This document shows positions 36,388 through 49,675 of a stretch of DNA of 64,000 nucleotides, one piece after another; the first letter of the stretch is position 1, and each line of letters opens with the position of its first letter. The notes below the pieces were generated by a model. The model was not told the DNA's origin. It saw only the letters and a list, made by a program, of their open reading frames with translations, and did not search any database. The DNA is from Octopus sinensis. Taxonomy: Eukaryota. The stretch is from the NCBI RefSeq assembly GCF_006345805.1, contig NC_043002.1, positions 54,188,001-54,252,000 of the forward strand, written 5' to 3'. Made by a program: the position numbers and the translations under genes.

Positions 36388-38750
36388 ATGGAGTTGTTCG
36401 AGATTAACGCATCCCTTAAGGACATACCAATACCACCAAAAGAAACCTTCCTTAAAGAAATTGTCAACAAAACAAATGCATTCATCAACCGAATTAGAGG
36501 GCTCGCTTTCTTCCATGATAACAAGGACTTAAAACAGAACGGTACAGAAACATCTTCCGAATATAAGAAGCTATTCAAGTCGAGGCAGACACCGCCACCT
36601 AATCCCAGACTGAAGAAATTTGAGGACGGCTTGTGGGACATTGTAAGGAGCATTAAATTCCGTAAATCGCCCCTTAGGAATAAACACCTTAGATACCTCA
36701 ACAAAATTACCAAAGATATAAACAGCTCAGACGCTATCCTGGTCCAATCAGATAAAACCAGGAATACATACAAGCTAGCAAAAAATCAGTATTTAGAATT
36801 GCTCAAGAAGGAAATACAGAAGAATTACAGAACTACGAATAAGGATACACTTAGAAAAGCCAACTTGGAAATTAAGAAAATCATGGTTACTCATGGTTTG
36901 CAAATGAAAACACAACCACTCAACCCAAGGCAACCAAGATTCATCGTCAAGGACCATAAACCAAACTTCCAAACCAACCCAGCTTTAAGGCTCATTTGCC
37001 CTTCTAGTTCCGACATCGGTTCCATCAGTAAGTACATTTTAGATAAATACATACCTAGATTAGTTAATAAGCTTAAACTCAACATATGGTCTAACTCCAC
37101 TCAAGTCGTAGAATGGTTCTCTTCCATTTCTAATAAAAATAGCACTAAATTCATTCAATTCGATATTTCCAATTTCTACCCTTCGATAAACCCCAGCGTG
37201 CTCAATAAGGCCCTATGGCATGCACATAACAAGACAGGGCTGACAAGGGAGGAAATTAATATAATTCTAGCCGCTAGAAAATCCTTCATTCAATTCGATG
37301 ATAAGTTATGGGTCCGTAAGGATACTCCCAACGCGTTCGATGTGCCAATGGGAAGCTCAGATAGCGCCCAGATAGCCGATTTGGTCGGAATCTATATTCT
37401 ATATGAATTAGCCGACCAATTCCCGGACATCTGCGGCGGTCCTTAAGACTATCAAAGTTATCAGCAAATGTCGACATTTTTAAACAGAAAGTGGAATTTT
37501 ATAATGCCGCCTTGTCAAAGGCCGGTTATAGGGATAAGGTATCTTATATCGATCCGGCCCATCCTAAACTAATATCTGCCCATCAAGATAAGATAACTTC
37601 TAATAATAATATAAATAACATAAATAGTGATTTCAGCTCTAGCAACGTCGACACAAATATATTTTACAATAATAATTTACGGACCAGGGGAGGCCAGCGT
37701 AACCCAAAACCCATTCTACAACACAGAAATATACCCTTTAATGTAAATGTCAACACTCTCAGCCATTCCAAGAACAAAAAAAACTATATCTGGTTTGTGA
37801 TTCGTTTCGGGAGACAAATCAGGTCTAATCTCCCTTTACAATTCCGTGAAGCCGTTGCTAAGAATTTTCCTAGGAATTCTAGATACTACTCCACTATAAA
37901 TTCGCATAAAGTAAGAATAGCATTCTCAAATACTAAAAATCTTTCGCAGATAATAGCTTCCCACAATAATAAGCTGCTAAATAGGGTCTCATCACCCATG
38001 AGTAGCGACACCGCTCTTACCTATTCCAACGTAACATACAATAATAATAATAATAGAAGTAGTATGGATATTAGCAACATTCATAGCAGCATTAGCGTTA
38101 GCAATAGTAATAATGATAACATTAGCCAGATTATTAACAGTGGTGGTGTTAGTGGTAATAGTACCAGCATTCTAAATAACAGTTATATTATTGATGATAA
38201 CAATCGCAGCATTCCTATAGCCAGGGAATTTGCCGACGATATTACAACTAATAGTAATGATAATAAGATGAATAGTATCGTGGCCAAAGCCAGCAACAAT
38301 TTTTACACCTATCACAACAATAAAAACTCTGTCTTAGTATCAGAAACCAACCCCAACAGATTAAAGTTCTTATCCAAAAATTCCAAAATTAGAAACACCA
38401 CTTACCAATGCAAAATCTCTTCTGGAACCGATGTCTACTTCTACATTGGCGCAACCTCTTCTAAATTAGCCCAAAGGATCTCCAACCATTATTCCACTTT
38501 CAGAGATAAGAGAAAGCAACACAGCACGGGGCTAAGCAAATTAGTCTGAAGAACAATAACACTACGTTCAAGCTCGAATGGTCCATTTTATCGGTGTCCT
38601 TCCCGTTTGATAAAAGCAGAAAATTTTGTGGCATCTGTAATTCCGAACTTTTTCATATTTTGTTCGCCTAAGTCCCTTTAATAAATACAATCGTCGAAAG
38701 ATCCTACAGGTGTTTACACTGGAAAAGACACACCTTTCACTCATATAAAT
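36388..38750 (+). pseudogene. PLE C RT/GIY-YIG ORF with deletion at about 37440 and nonsense codons
   Basis: DQFPDICGG is joined directly to the RLSKLSANVDIF region, so LYRDD is absent; GIY-YIG YIGATSSKLAQRISNH retained. Confidence 0.88.
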
Positions 38751-39286
38751 AGTGACTAATATAGATAAACCCTCGATTTCCAAAAAAATTTTTGCTATAT
38801 TTCACCCCAATAGTCAAAAAGATTTTCTTATATTCCCAATTACTACTATCCATTCTGGCGTTGCTTCTCACCTCGCCCGATTCTTTCTCCCTTTCGCTAT
38901 CTACTTTCCTTTCTCTACAGTAAACATAATCGAACACACAGACCTCTCACCTCACAGCTGTCAGTTTTCTGACATCTACCCATCCACAAACACAATCACG
39001 CATTCAGACACACACATACACACATTAAGACAGTTATATACAGTCACACACACGGGCACTCATTCATAAAAGAAATCATTTAAACCCACCATTCCTTTGA
39101 CCTGCACTCTCTCACATTACCATTCTTATGCCTCCCTCCTCCTACTTCGTTTGAACCCTTGAACCTTCTAGATTCTTCTACATTCAGCCACTCTGACTTC
39201 ACTCCTTATAAAAAGACACTCATTATCGCCATGGGCTCCTTGAGAGCGTTCAGCTAAAAGTTTTTTGTGCATTTTGATGTCGACAT

Positions 39287-39391
39287 AAGTTCCTTGATTT
39301 TCCTGATGAGAAATCTGCATAATGTACTCCTTATTCCTTCGGAATTAGGAATATGCAGCCTTCGAAACATATGTCGAGAATAAAGGATATT
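39287..39391 (+). ncRNA. Type I hammerhead ribozyme (PLE C 3' pLTR), predicted cleavage after GUC 39375
   Basis: Identical core and stems to 36036-36140 (CTGATGA 39303-39309, GAAA 39364-39367). Confidence 0.88.
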
Positions 39392-39428
39392 TGTTAACTA
39401 GTTGTTCAACTCCATTCTTTCATATACT

Positions 39429-39805
<377 letters not shown>

Positions 39806-39879
39806 TTAAATATATATACATACATATATAGCCCAAGCAAAGCCACAGTCTATTGACTGAAACAAGTAATATTAATAAC

Positions 39880-40710
39880 TACAATGAAAATTAGCATTGA
39901 ACAGGTATACATGGAGACACAACTTGGTCCTTAAGGTTATCTTCAATGCTATAAAGAACCAAATTCATCTCAACAACACTGAGAAAAAACCGTTAGAAGT
40001 ACCATCTAGAGATTTCATTACCTTCATGCGACCAGGTCAGCGAATCCGTTTCAAGAAGAAGATCAAGAAACTTCCTGTGAGAAATGAAAAGTGGAACAGC
40101 TATTGGGAGGTAACTGCAGATTTACCTGGGTGCCAGGTTTTCTTTCCCATCCCAATTACGAAAAAACCAGATATTTTGATGTGGTGTGAAAGAAGGAAAG
40201 TTGTAAATATAGTTGAGCTAACGGTTCCTCGTGAAGATAATATGGACGCAGCTCAGGCTCGAAAATTTAACCGTTATGTAAACCTCCTCAAGGAATGTGA
40301 AGACGCAGGCTGGAAAGCAAAACATTTTCCAATCGAAGTCGGATGTAGAGGGTTCGTTAGACACAGTGTGAGACGACTGTTGTTATTGCTAGGCCTAACT
40401 CATTGTAAAGTCAATACCACCATGACCGATATCCAATCTACAGTGGAGAAGGCTAGCCACTGGATTTGGTTAAAAAGAGACGATGAGCGATGGCTAGAAG
40501 GATATTGAGCTTTATTTGATAACCAGCTGATCTAGCAAGCGGGGCCTCATATCAGTGAGGGGGGGGGGGGCGATGCACATTGATGGCGTCGAGAGGTAGG
40601 CCTCAAAACGGCGCGCATTCTCTCCTGATGACCCCATACACTTGCTGGCTTCCAGTATACGTAGCTATTGACTGGTAGCACTTGCATGTGCAAGTTGTTT
40701 GCAAGACATA
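39880..40710 (+). mobile_element. 5'-truncated RLE-type non-LTR retrotransposon (HERO/NeSL-like), ORF 39897-40508
   Basis: RYTWRHNLVL, KPDILMW, VELTVP.E......RK..RY..L, GW....FPIEVGCRGF restriction-like endonuclease signature. Confidence 0.85.
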
Positions 40711-40740
40711 TATATATGTGTGTGTGTGCATGTATGTATA

Positions 40741-41127
40741 TACTAGCAGTATCGCCCGGCGTTGCTCAGGTTTGTAAGGGAAATAACTATAAAGCATTTT
40801 TAGAGAGTTATAGCCAAAAAATAGCAAAAAAAACGGAAAAAATTATGGTAAATTTTTTTTTGATAGTTAAAAAAGGTGGAGTTGCGTCACCTACAAAGTT
40901 TGTGGTTTGTGTTCCTGATTCTCGACCCCATGTCGAATTTATCGATTTTTTTCAGAACTGGGGGAACTTTTCAAAATTTTCGCTGCGTTAGTTTTGAATT
41001 ATGACATTGGGCTATGTGTGTGTCAAGTTTCATCAGAATCGGTTGAAAGCCGTGGTCAGGGTGAGGGTACAAGCAAACAGACACACAGAAACACGCACAG
41101 ACAAACTGCCGTTTATATAGAGAGATA
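40741..41127. mobile_element. Non-autonomous Helitron/Helentron (DINE-1-like) element
   Basis: Starts tactagcagtatcgcccggcgttgctc; ends with a caga/caca microsatellite and gtttatatagagagat, matching the DINE-1/HINE layout. Confidence 0.55.
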
Positions 41128-41208
41128 TATATATATATATATATACACATATATATATATAACTTGCACATGCAAGTGCTACCAGTCAATATATATATAT
41201 ACATACAC

Positions 41209-41622
41209 ACACACTACACAATAGATTATACATTAATACAGTACAATAATTACAATCAATATGGTGAGATATAACTAAATAAATATAACAAGATATAAAA
41301 ATACATTTACATTATAACTGACAGCTGTTTCGGCCATGAAGATAGGTATGTCTCATTTAACCTATTAGCCATATAATGCAGGTATAAATGAGACATTAAC
41401 AAGAATATCTTACGGCCTCTTCGGAGATTCTAATGCAAGTATGAGTACAAACCCTAAAATAATTTACATATAAATATGAGTGCATACATACTCATATTCT
41501 TACATATATGTAATGTAAATGTATTTTTATATCTTGTTATATTTATTTAGTTTATATCTCACCATATTGATTGTAATTATTGTACTGTATTAATGTATAA
41601 TCTCATTGCTATTGTGTAGTGT
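41209..41622. repeat. Inverted repeat, about 90-bp arms (41223-41313 and 41512-41603) plus 14-bp extension; probable PLE inverted-pLTR remnant
   Basis: Arms are reverse-complementary with one indel. Confidence 0.85.
41310..41435 (-). ncRNA. Hammerhead-like motif with U4C core variant inside a foldback
   Basis: Minus strand: cattagaatct CCGAAGA ggcc...(aagata/tatctt, tgtctcattta/taaatgagaca)...ggcc GAAA CAGCTG TC agttataatg. Confidence 0.65.
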
Positions 41623-41872
41623 TTTAATAAAGTATATGATTCGGTATTATCTGATAGTTGATGATTGATTTAGATATATTTCTCCATTTTCTCATTTTGT
41701 ATTATTAATTTACGGTAAAAATAATTTTACCTTTGCCCACCTAATACAGTAAATGAATTAATTGCATCGCAATTTTTAACATTTATGTATTAGCTTTGTT
41801 GGGTACTTCTCTAGCAGTATATTGGATATATGTTATCCCATGGAGGGTTGAATTTACAACCCCTATCTCATT

Positions 41873-41903
<31 letters not shown>

Positions 41904-42259
41904 TTTAATATTATTACTAACACTTCATGACGTCATGACCTGTTACCAGCTACAGCGAAAAGAATAGTTATGAAAAATGAATCACCATCGATAATATTTT
42001 CACAACTATATTTTATCAATGGCAGTGAGGTAAGTTTTGAAAAAATTAGACAGGGCACCTCATTCGCAAGGGAATCGAGACTTTTCCTGGTATTCTATTC
42101 TATTTAAAATAATCGAAAACAGCTACGTCTACTGCTCCACTTGGTCTTCAACAAACCTATACCCCCCCCCCTCCTGGGCGCCCAGGAAAAATCTTGATTC
42201 CCTTGCAGATGAGGTGCTCCGTCTAATTTTTTCAAAACTTACCTCACTGCCATTGATAA

Positions 42260-42860
42260 AATATGTGGCCCATAGCAAAGAAGCCCATAGCTTAAAGCAG
42301 AGAGCGAAGGTTTCATCCTGGCTGCTCAAGATCAAAGCCTATTAACCCGGAACTACCAGGCCAATGTGATCAAGGCTAATCGACCAGACATAATTGTTAA
42401 AGACAGGGAAGAAAATACCTGCAGACTAATAGAGGTAAGCGTCCCCACTGATAAAAATATATCTGTAAAGGAATTTGACAAACTTAGTAAATATAAGGAC
42501 CTGGAAATCGAAATACAAAAGATGTGGAATCTTAAAACAAAAACTGTTCCTGTCATTGTAAGTGCCCAAGGTATGATAAAAAAAGGATGTCAGAAACACC
42601 TAGACAATATCCCTGGAGAACCATGTCTCAAGGAAATCCAAACGATTGTGCTAACGAGTACTGCCCACATCCTTAGAAAAACCCTATCAATGTAAATGTT
42701 TGTGTTGTATTACATGGAGATATTTCTCTACTTCCCCTCCCCAAGCTTTCAGCTATATTTCAACAACTCTTAACCTTCACTTGCCCTAAGGCGCTGGGTG
42801 TGCCCCAGCAAGTGATTGCATCAAACATGCAGATTAAAAGTAAATGACAATAATAATATT
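42260..42860 (+). pseudogene. R4/Dong-like RLE retrotransposon 3' fragment 1
   Basis: IKANRPDIIVKD...LIEVSVP.D.N...KEFDKLSKYKDL (ORF 42366-42695); ends in aataataat. Confidence 0.85.
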
Positions 42861-45030
42861 TTCCCCATTGAACAAAAAGGGTGTCGCCGAGGCTCATACG
42901 GATGCAAAGATCAACTGCTAATTAATCGTATGATCCTTGAGAACTGTCACAACAAGCGCAGAAATCTCAGCTCCGCATGGATTGACTATAAAAAGGCCTT
43001 CGACAGTATACCGCATTCATGGATCTTGAAATCGCTGGACATCTTCAAAATTTCCCCTGTGATTTCAAGCTTCATGAAGCATAATATGTCGTTGTAGAAT
43101 AGGAATCTCCAATTATACCACTGTAATGGAGTACTTGCCTCAGAGAATATAAACATCAACTGTGGCATTTTTCAAGGTGACTCACTTTCACCTCTAATAT
43201 TCTGCATAGCCCTAATACCCCTTACAAGAGAATTAAAAAGAACAGGGTATGGGTATAAAATTGTCAATAAAAAAATAAGCCATCTATTTTATATGGATGA
43301 CTTAAAACTCTATGGTAAAGACAATAATGAACTTGAAGGCCTATTGCACACTGTGAAAGCATTCAGTGATGACATCGGGATGGAGTTTCGGCTTGAGAAG
43401 TGTGCTAAGGTCACTTTCCAGAAAGGGAAAGTGAAGACCACAAATTCAGTCGTGTTAGATGTTGACACAGTCATAAGAGAACTTGAGCAAGAACAAACCT
43501 ACAAATATTTAGGGATAAATGAAAGCTCTGGTATTCAGCATGCAAGCATGAAAGAGAAGATCAGGAAGGAATGTTATAGGAGAGTTCGAGCAGTCCTGAA
43601 ATCTGAACTAAATGCACGTAACAAGGTGTTAGCTATAAATTCCTTAGCAGTTCCAGTTGTTACTTATAGCTACAATGTGTTGAACTGGAATATGAGTCAA
43701 GTAAAGAAAATAGATAGGAAAATACGCAAGCTGCTGAGTTGTAATAGGATGTACCACCCAAAGGCAGACGTAGATCGCCTTTACCTCCCCAGAGCCTAAG
43801 GAGGCCGTGGCCTGATCCAATTTGAACTAGCTTACAAAACAACCACAATTGGACTGGCCAAATATCTTGAAATAACGAATGACTGGATGCTAAAGCTCGT
43901 GGAAAATCACGAGAGACGAAAGAAGCTTCATTCTATCATAAAGGAAAGCAAAAAAATTTGCTATTGATCTCGTGCAGGATACCCAAACTGAACAACCCGA
44001 GGGAAGTACGGCAACTACTGTTGCAAAGAAGGTGAAAATAATGGCAACGACAAAAGCGCACGAGCAATTGGCTGATAGGTGAGAGGAGAAACCTCGGCAC
44101 GGCAAATATGTGGCCCATAGCAAAGAAGCTGATGTTGACCAGAAGCAAACCCATCAGTGGCTACGGAGCTCAGGGCTAAAAGCAGAGAGTGAAGGTTTCA
44201 TCCTGGCTGCTCAAGATCAAAGCCTATTAACCCGGAACTACCAGGTCAATGTGATGAAAAATGGAGCAGACTCAAAATGCCGATTCTGCAACGACATGAT
44301 TGAAACAGCGGACCACCTAATCTCTGGATGTAAAGTCTTAGCACCAGTGGAGTATAAATTAAGACATGACAGAGTTGGCCAATATCTATACTGGCATTAC
44401 AATATCAAAACTGCCAACAAGTGGTATAATCACCACCCTGAAGCTGTAACTGAAGGAGAAAATGTAACGATTCTGTGGGACTTTCCAGTACATACAGACC
44501 GAACCATCAAAGCCAATAAACTGGATAATGTTGTGAAAGATCAAAACAATAAAGTTTGCTTATTGATCGACATGAGCATCCCCTGTGATCATAATATCTC
44601 AGCGAAAGAATTTGACAAGCTCAGAAAATATAAAGACCTGCTCATTGAAATTGAGAAAATGTGGCATCTCAAGGCGGTTACAATACCAGTGATCGTAGGA
44701 GCACTAGGAATGATCAAGAAGGGAACCGAAAATTATATGAGAATGATCCCTGGCTTACCATCCCTGCAAGAAGTGCAAAATATTGTCTTAACTGGTACAT
44801 CACACATATTGAGAAGAGCATTGTCGATGTGAGAACTATTACTACTCATGTATTTTAATTTAACTTTATTTCTATCCAAAAATTAAAAAATGAACGAACT
44901 AGTGAGTTTAGTTTAATGGCCTACCAATGTATACTATGAGTTTCTTTGCCCTAGGAGTCAGGAAGACACTCGGCAAGAAATGGAAGCAAATTTGAAAGAA
45001 GAAGGATGATAATAATGGTAATAATTATTA
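42860..45030 (+). pseudogene. R4/Dong-like RLE retrotransposon fragment 2 (RT, CCHC, RLE), several stops
   Basis: EQKGCRRGSYGCKDQL, WIDYKKAFDS, GIFQGDSLSP, YMDDLKLY, CRFC...ETADHLISGC, RHDRV, IDMSIP.D..I..KEFDKL.KY; gataataat tail near 45008. Confidence 0.9.
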
Positions 45031-45225
45031 CAAAAAATGAACATTGTATTCTAACCCAATTTTTCTCTTTCTTTGTTTAAAAAAAGAACTTTCACCCAAT
45101 TAAATACACTCTCCCTTACTTAAATTATTTTGTCAGCATTTTCTTCATTTCCTTTTTTTATATATCACAACTCGTGTTCCACATCTCCTTTTTTAAATAT
45201 CATATCCCTGCACGAGATACAGAAA

Positions 45226-48200
45226 ATGCCTACAAAAACTGAAACCACCCTAATCAACTTAAACGAAGAAATCCTACAGGAACTCAAAAACATCAACACC
45301 AACCTCTCTGTACTAGTCAACAAATTGGACTCCACTAATGAGGAAACCATTACCGGACACAAACCCTCCGAAATCGGCAATAAGCTACAAACTCTGTGTG
45401 ATACGATCCACACCTTTTTCACCACCATGAACCCAGCCAAAAACAAAGAAGAACCATGTCAAATTGATTCATACAAACTGAAAAATCATATAATCCCAGA
45501 ATGGAACAAATCCCTCAGAGACAGAAAGTTCTCCTTCTGAAAAATGATTAGAAACAACAACAAGGCCAATATATACGAAAAATGGATGAACTCTACCCCT
45601 CTAACTCTTCCCCGCAAAATACAATTAAAAGCCATTCCCAATGAACCTGAACCTCAAAGACGACTTAGAGAAAGAATGGCATTAGAGAGACTGAAAACAG
45701 AGATTGAACTTCTCAAATTAAGGGCCCAAACAAATGAGGAAAGAGTCAAAACAATCGATGAAGAGATCCTCCTCGTAATAAATAACAAGGCCAAAAGCCT
45801 CCACATAGAGAAGATCTCCAAGTTATGGAAAGATGACTGCAACAAAGAGGAACTAAAATCCCTACAACGCTGGGAAAAGAGTGCCGCCTGGTTCCTAAAC
45901 TATGAATCGACTTTCAAAACAGATTACTCTTCCAATAACCCATTCATAAAAATGGGAAAACCAGGAACCCAACCACACAACTACTCCGCCAACCCTCCAA
46001 CCTCGAACAAAAGAAGGAAACAGCATATTGAAGATGTAACTTCTTACCCCACGTCCATAAGGAGGAATAAGAACCCTGGAAACCCTCACCACCAGAATTA
46101 CATTAACGAATTTCCCCCTTCAAGGAGACACTATACACAACAACTACTCGAATACCTTATTAACAAATAATAGAGGATACCACTACCAGGATAGACACAA
46201 CAACGTCCACACCACGAGGGGACAACAAGGTAATTTTCACTTTCTCAACTCTCACAATACACAACAAGCCCATACCACTCGATACAAGCACCCACGTAGG
46301 CCACTCATATCACCACAATCCAACATGACACAAAGAAACACACACCAACACCCGCAATACAGGAACACCCCATTCTATCCACAACCATGAACGCGAACCA
46401 TATTTCACAACAAGGAATATAACAAACACGCAGGACCTCTTAACACCAACAGACAACCCCTCTACCCCAACCATTTTTTAGACACAGCACACAGATACAG
46501 GCAAACAAAATAACACAGGACAGGGAAGAGAAACAGAAACTAATTAAAGTCATCAATTTAACCAATACAGAACCCAACCCCAACCTTCTCAACTTACTCT
46601 CCAAAGGTCTTAAATTCACACCAAACCAATACGAAATGAAGGAAGACATTACAGAATTTTGTAGAAAATTACGACTTAGTGAGGAACTATTCGACCAGCA
46701 CAATGAGGATGAGTCACTAGCTAGAAATAAAAGCAACTACACCCCACCAAAAGGTAGAAATAAAATCCTAGACGAATTCTGTGAGCACATTACAAACTTC
46801 CCCTACCAACACTTACACAAACCAAAACCCAAACCAAACCTCAACAAGAAAGAGTGGGAAGAAATAAACAAATTAAAAAATGAAAGATCTATCACCATTA
46901 AAGAGGCCGACAAAGGAAGTGCAGTAGTCTTAATGGAGACAGAATACTATATCAACTTAGCACTCTCCACCTTGGAAAATGGAACATATTACGAAAAGAC
47001 TGAACACTACAATCAACAGAAAATTATGAGAAACTTAAAAACCCTGATCAACCCCCACAAAGAACTCACTAACAAAGAATTCAACTTCATCACAAATTTC
47101 ACTAGTAAAACCAGCCTCTTCTACGGTATTCCCAAAATTCATAAAAGCGAATTAATAAGTAAGGCATGCAAGGAAGCCACAAACTCTGTAATCAATGTCC
47201 CCTCACCAAATGACCTCAAATTGAGACCTATAATAGCAGGTTCCGCTTGCGAAACCCACCGCCTTAGCAACTTCATTGATACCCTTCTTAAGCCCTTCCT
47301 CAAACACATTAAAAGCTACATAAGGGACGATCTAGATATGCTCAACCACCTCCCCAATACACTTCTTGCTGAACAAACCCTGCTAGTAACATTCGATGTA
47401 ATTAATCTTTACTCCAACATCCCCCACAACCTAGGAATAGAAGCTATCCAATTCTGGCTGGTTAATTACTCCAACAAACTCCCACACCGCATCAAAAAGG
47501 AATTTATTTTAGGACTCAAATTCATCTTAGAGAATAATTTCACCTTCAACAACAAATTCTAGACAGAAATCAGGGACGGCAATGGGAACGAAAACAGCTC
47601 CCACTTACGCCAACCTAGTCATGGGATACCTGGAAATCACTCTCTATAATAACGTTCTTAACCAATTTGGCACCACTCTCCACACACACATAGAGAAGAA
47701 CTGGAAGAGATATCTTGATGACTGCTTCATCCTTTGGCCCGAAACCATCGAGAAGCTTAAAGAATTTCACACCCTTATAAATGGGCTCAACACAAACATT
47801 ATTTTTACAATGGAATACAGCACTCAACAAATTCCCTTCCTCGACATCCTCATTAAAATTCACAACAAAAAAATAGAAACAGACATATACTACAAGCCCA
47901 CAGACTCCAAGCAATACCTCCCTTTCAATTCATGCCACCCTAGACACATTAAAATTAACATTCCCTACAACTTAGCCAAGAGAATTTGCACTATAGTCTC
48001 CAATAAAAACACCCATCTCTTACGTCTACAAGAACTTAAGGACACATTAACAAGCAGGGATTACCCCACGTCACTAATTGACAATGGGATCTAACGTGCC
48101 CTAAAACTCAGCACACAGGAACTTAGACGCCCTAAACCTGTTACATCGAAACCCCATACTCTACCATACATCTCTACACACAACCCCCTCAACAATGAAG

Positions 48201-48767
48201 CTTTTGACACCATCCTCCAGAACATTCCTGTATTAAAAAAGGACCATAGAATGAACCAAATCCTCCTAACACACGAAATCATAAAGAGCAAAAGGCAACC
48301 CAAATCATTGAAAACCATCCTAACAAATGCCAAAGTACTGCCAACCACAACAACTAAACCCACAGTAAACAAATGCAATAGACCCAACTGTGGTATATGC
48401 ATCAACCTAATAGAAGGTCCGGAATTCCTTTTTAAACAAGGACATTTCACAGTAAAACAACTTCACATGCGCATCAGAAAACCTAGTATATGTCTTAACT
48501 TGCTCAGGCTGTAATGAACACTACATAGGCCAAACTAAAAATAGCCTCCGCCAACGCATGACTGTCCATAGATCCCAAATAAAAATACAGGAATACAGAA
48601 AAATAGCACTTAGTGCACATATTGATACCTGTGCCGCACAACTTCATCCCAATTTTAGAATCTTTCCCCTCTACAAATTTAAAGACAATGCCACTCATAC
48701 CCAGCGAATAACCATGGAATCCCACCTTATTAATAAATACAGACCACTTCTAAACACATCCCCCTAA
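45226..48767 (+). pseudogene. PLE D ORF (long N-terminus, RT, thumb, GIY-YIG), multiple stops and frameshifts
   Basis: IKEADKGSAVV, YGIPKIHK, LRPII, FDVINLYSNI, GTAMGTKTAP, RYLDD, FLD, KPTD...HP.H....IPY, CNRPNCGIC, YIGQT....RQRMTVH. Confidence 0.9.
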
Positions 48768-49634
48768 CACGAACCCACAACAAACACACTTACACCTGCA
48801 CACACCCTACACACACTTTTACCCAGATATTAACACCATGACACACGCAAACATATGGTTCCACACATACACATAATTTGATACGGGTGCAAAACATCCA
48901 ACACTATTTTTTGGAAATGACTAAATATTGACTTCACACAAACACGTTGCTTCCCGATACAGGCACAAGGCCAGCAGAACTATAAATATTGAAAATTGTA
49001 CCCACACATGCACACATATATACACGCGCGCGCCCCAACATACATATAAACACACACACACACACACGCACACACATACATACATATAGCTCTTCCTGTC
49101 CTAAATGAACTTACTTTTCCAGCTCAAATTCAGTCAAGCGGAAAATACACTCCTTAACTACGCGCTCAGTCAAGCGGAAAATACACTCCTTGCGCTAAAA
49201 AGCTATTCAAAATATCTACATGACGTCTACTGACCAGCCTGAACAATAAGAATTTTTCGAAAACTCCATACACCACCTACACCAACATTCATTCTAAACA
49301 TTCACATGACCTCTCTATTATGACCACATTCACGTGACCTCTTTATTATGACCAGTAAGAAATTTTAGGCGCCATACCAGCCAAATTTTAACATCTCTGG
49401 AGCCTATTTTCTTACCCCAACACCAACTTCCATTCAAACATTCACGTGACCCCTTTATAATGACCAATCAAAATTGTATTGACCATTGTCCACAAGAAAT
49501 TTTAGGCGCGAAACCAAGCAAATCTTAAACAACTCTGGAGCCTATTTTTTCACATATAAGAGACAGCAAACCCAATATAAAGTCAGATAAGAGAAAATAA
49601 TCAATCAGAAAGGAACTCTATCTCACTCAAAATA

Positions 49635-49675
49635 TCTTTTGATAAGCATAACAAATGCGCAACCGGTAAACTCTT
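49635..49675 (+). ncRNA. Degenerate minimal hammerhead-like motif (U3-A8 variant, A13C)
   Basis: TTGATAA gcat aacaa atgc GCAA CCGG TA; weak stem I. Confidence 0.35.

Noticed and set aside
40588-40640. GTC-gagag...ctctc-CTGATGA-cccc in the HERO-like 3'UTR resembling a permuted hammerhead
   Set aside because: Stem I and core are present but there is no GAAA box in any permutation
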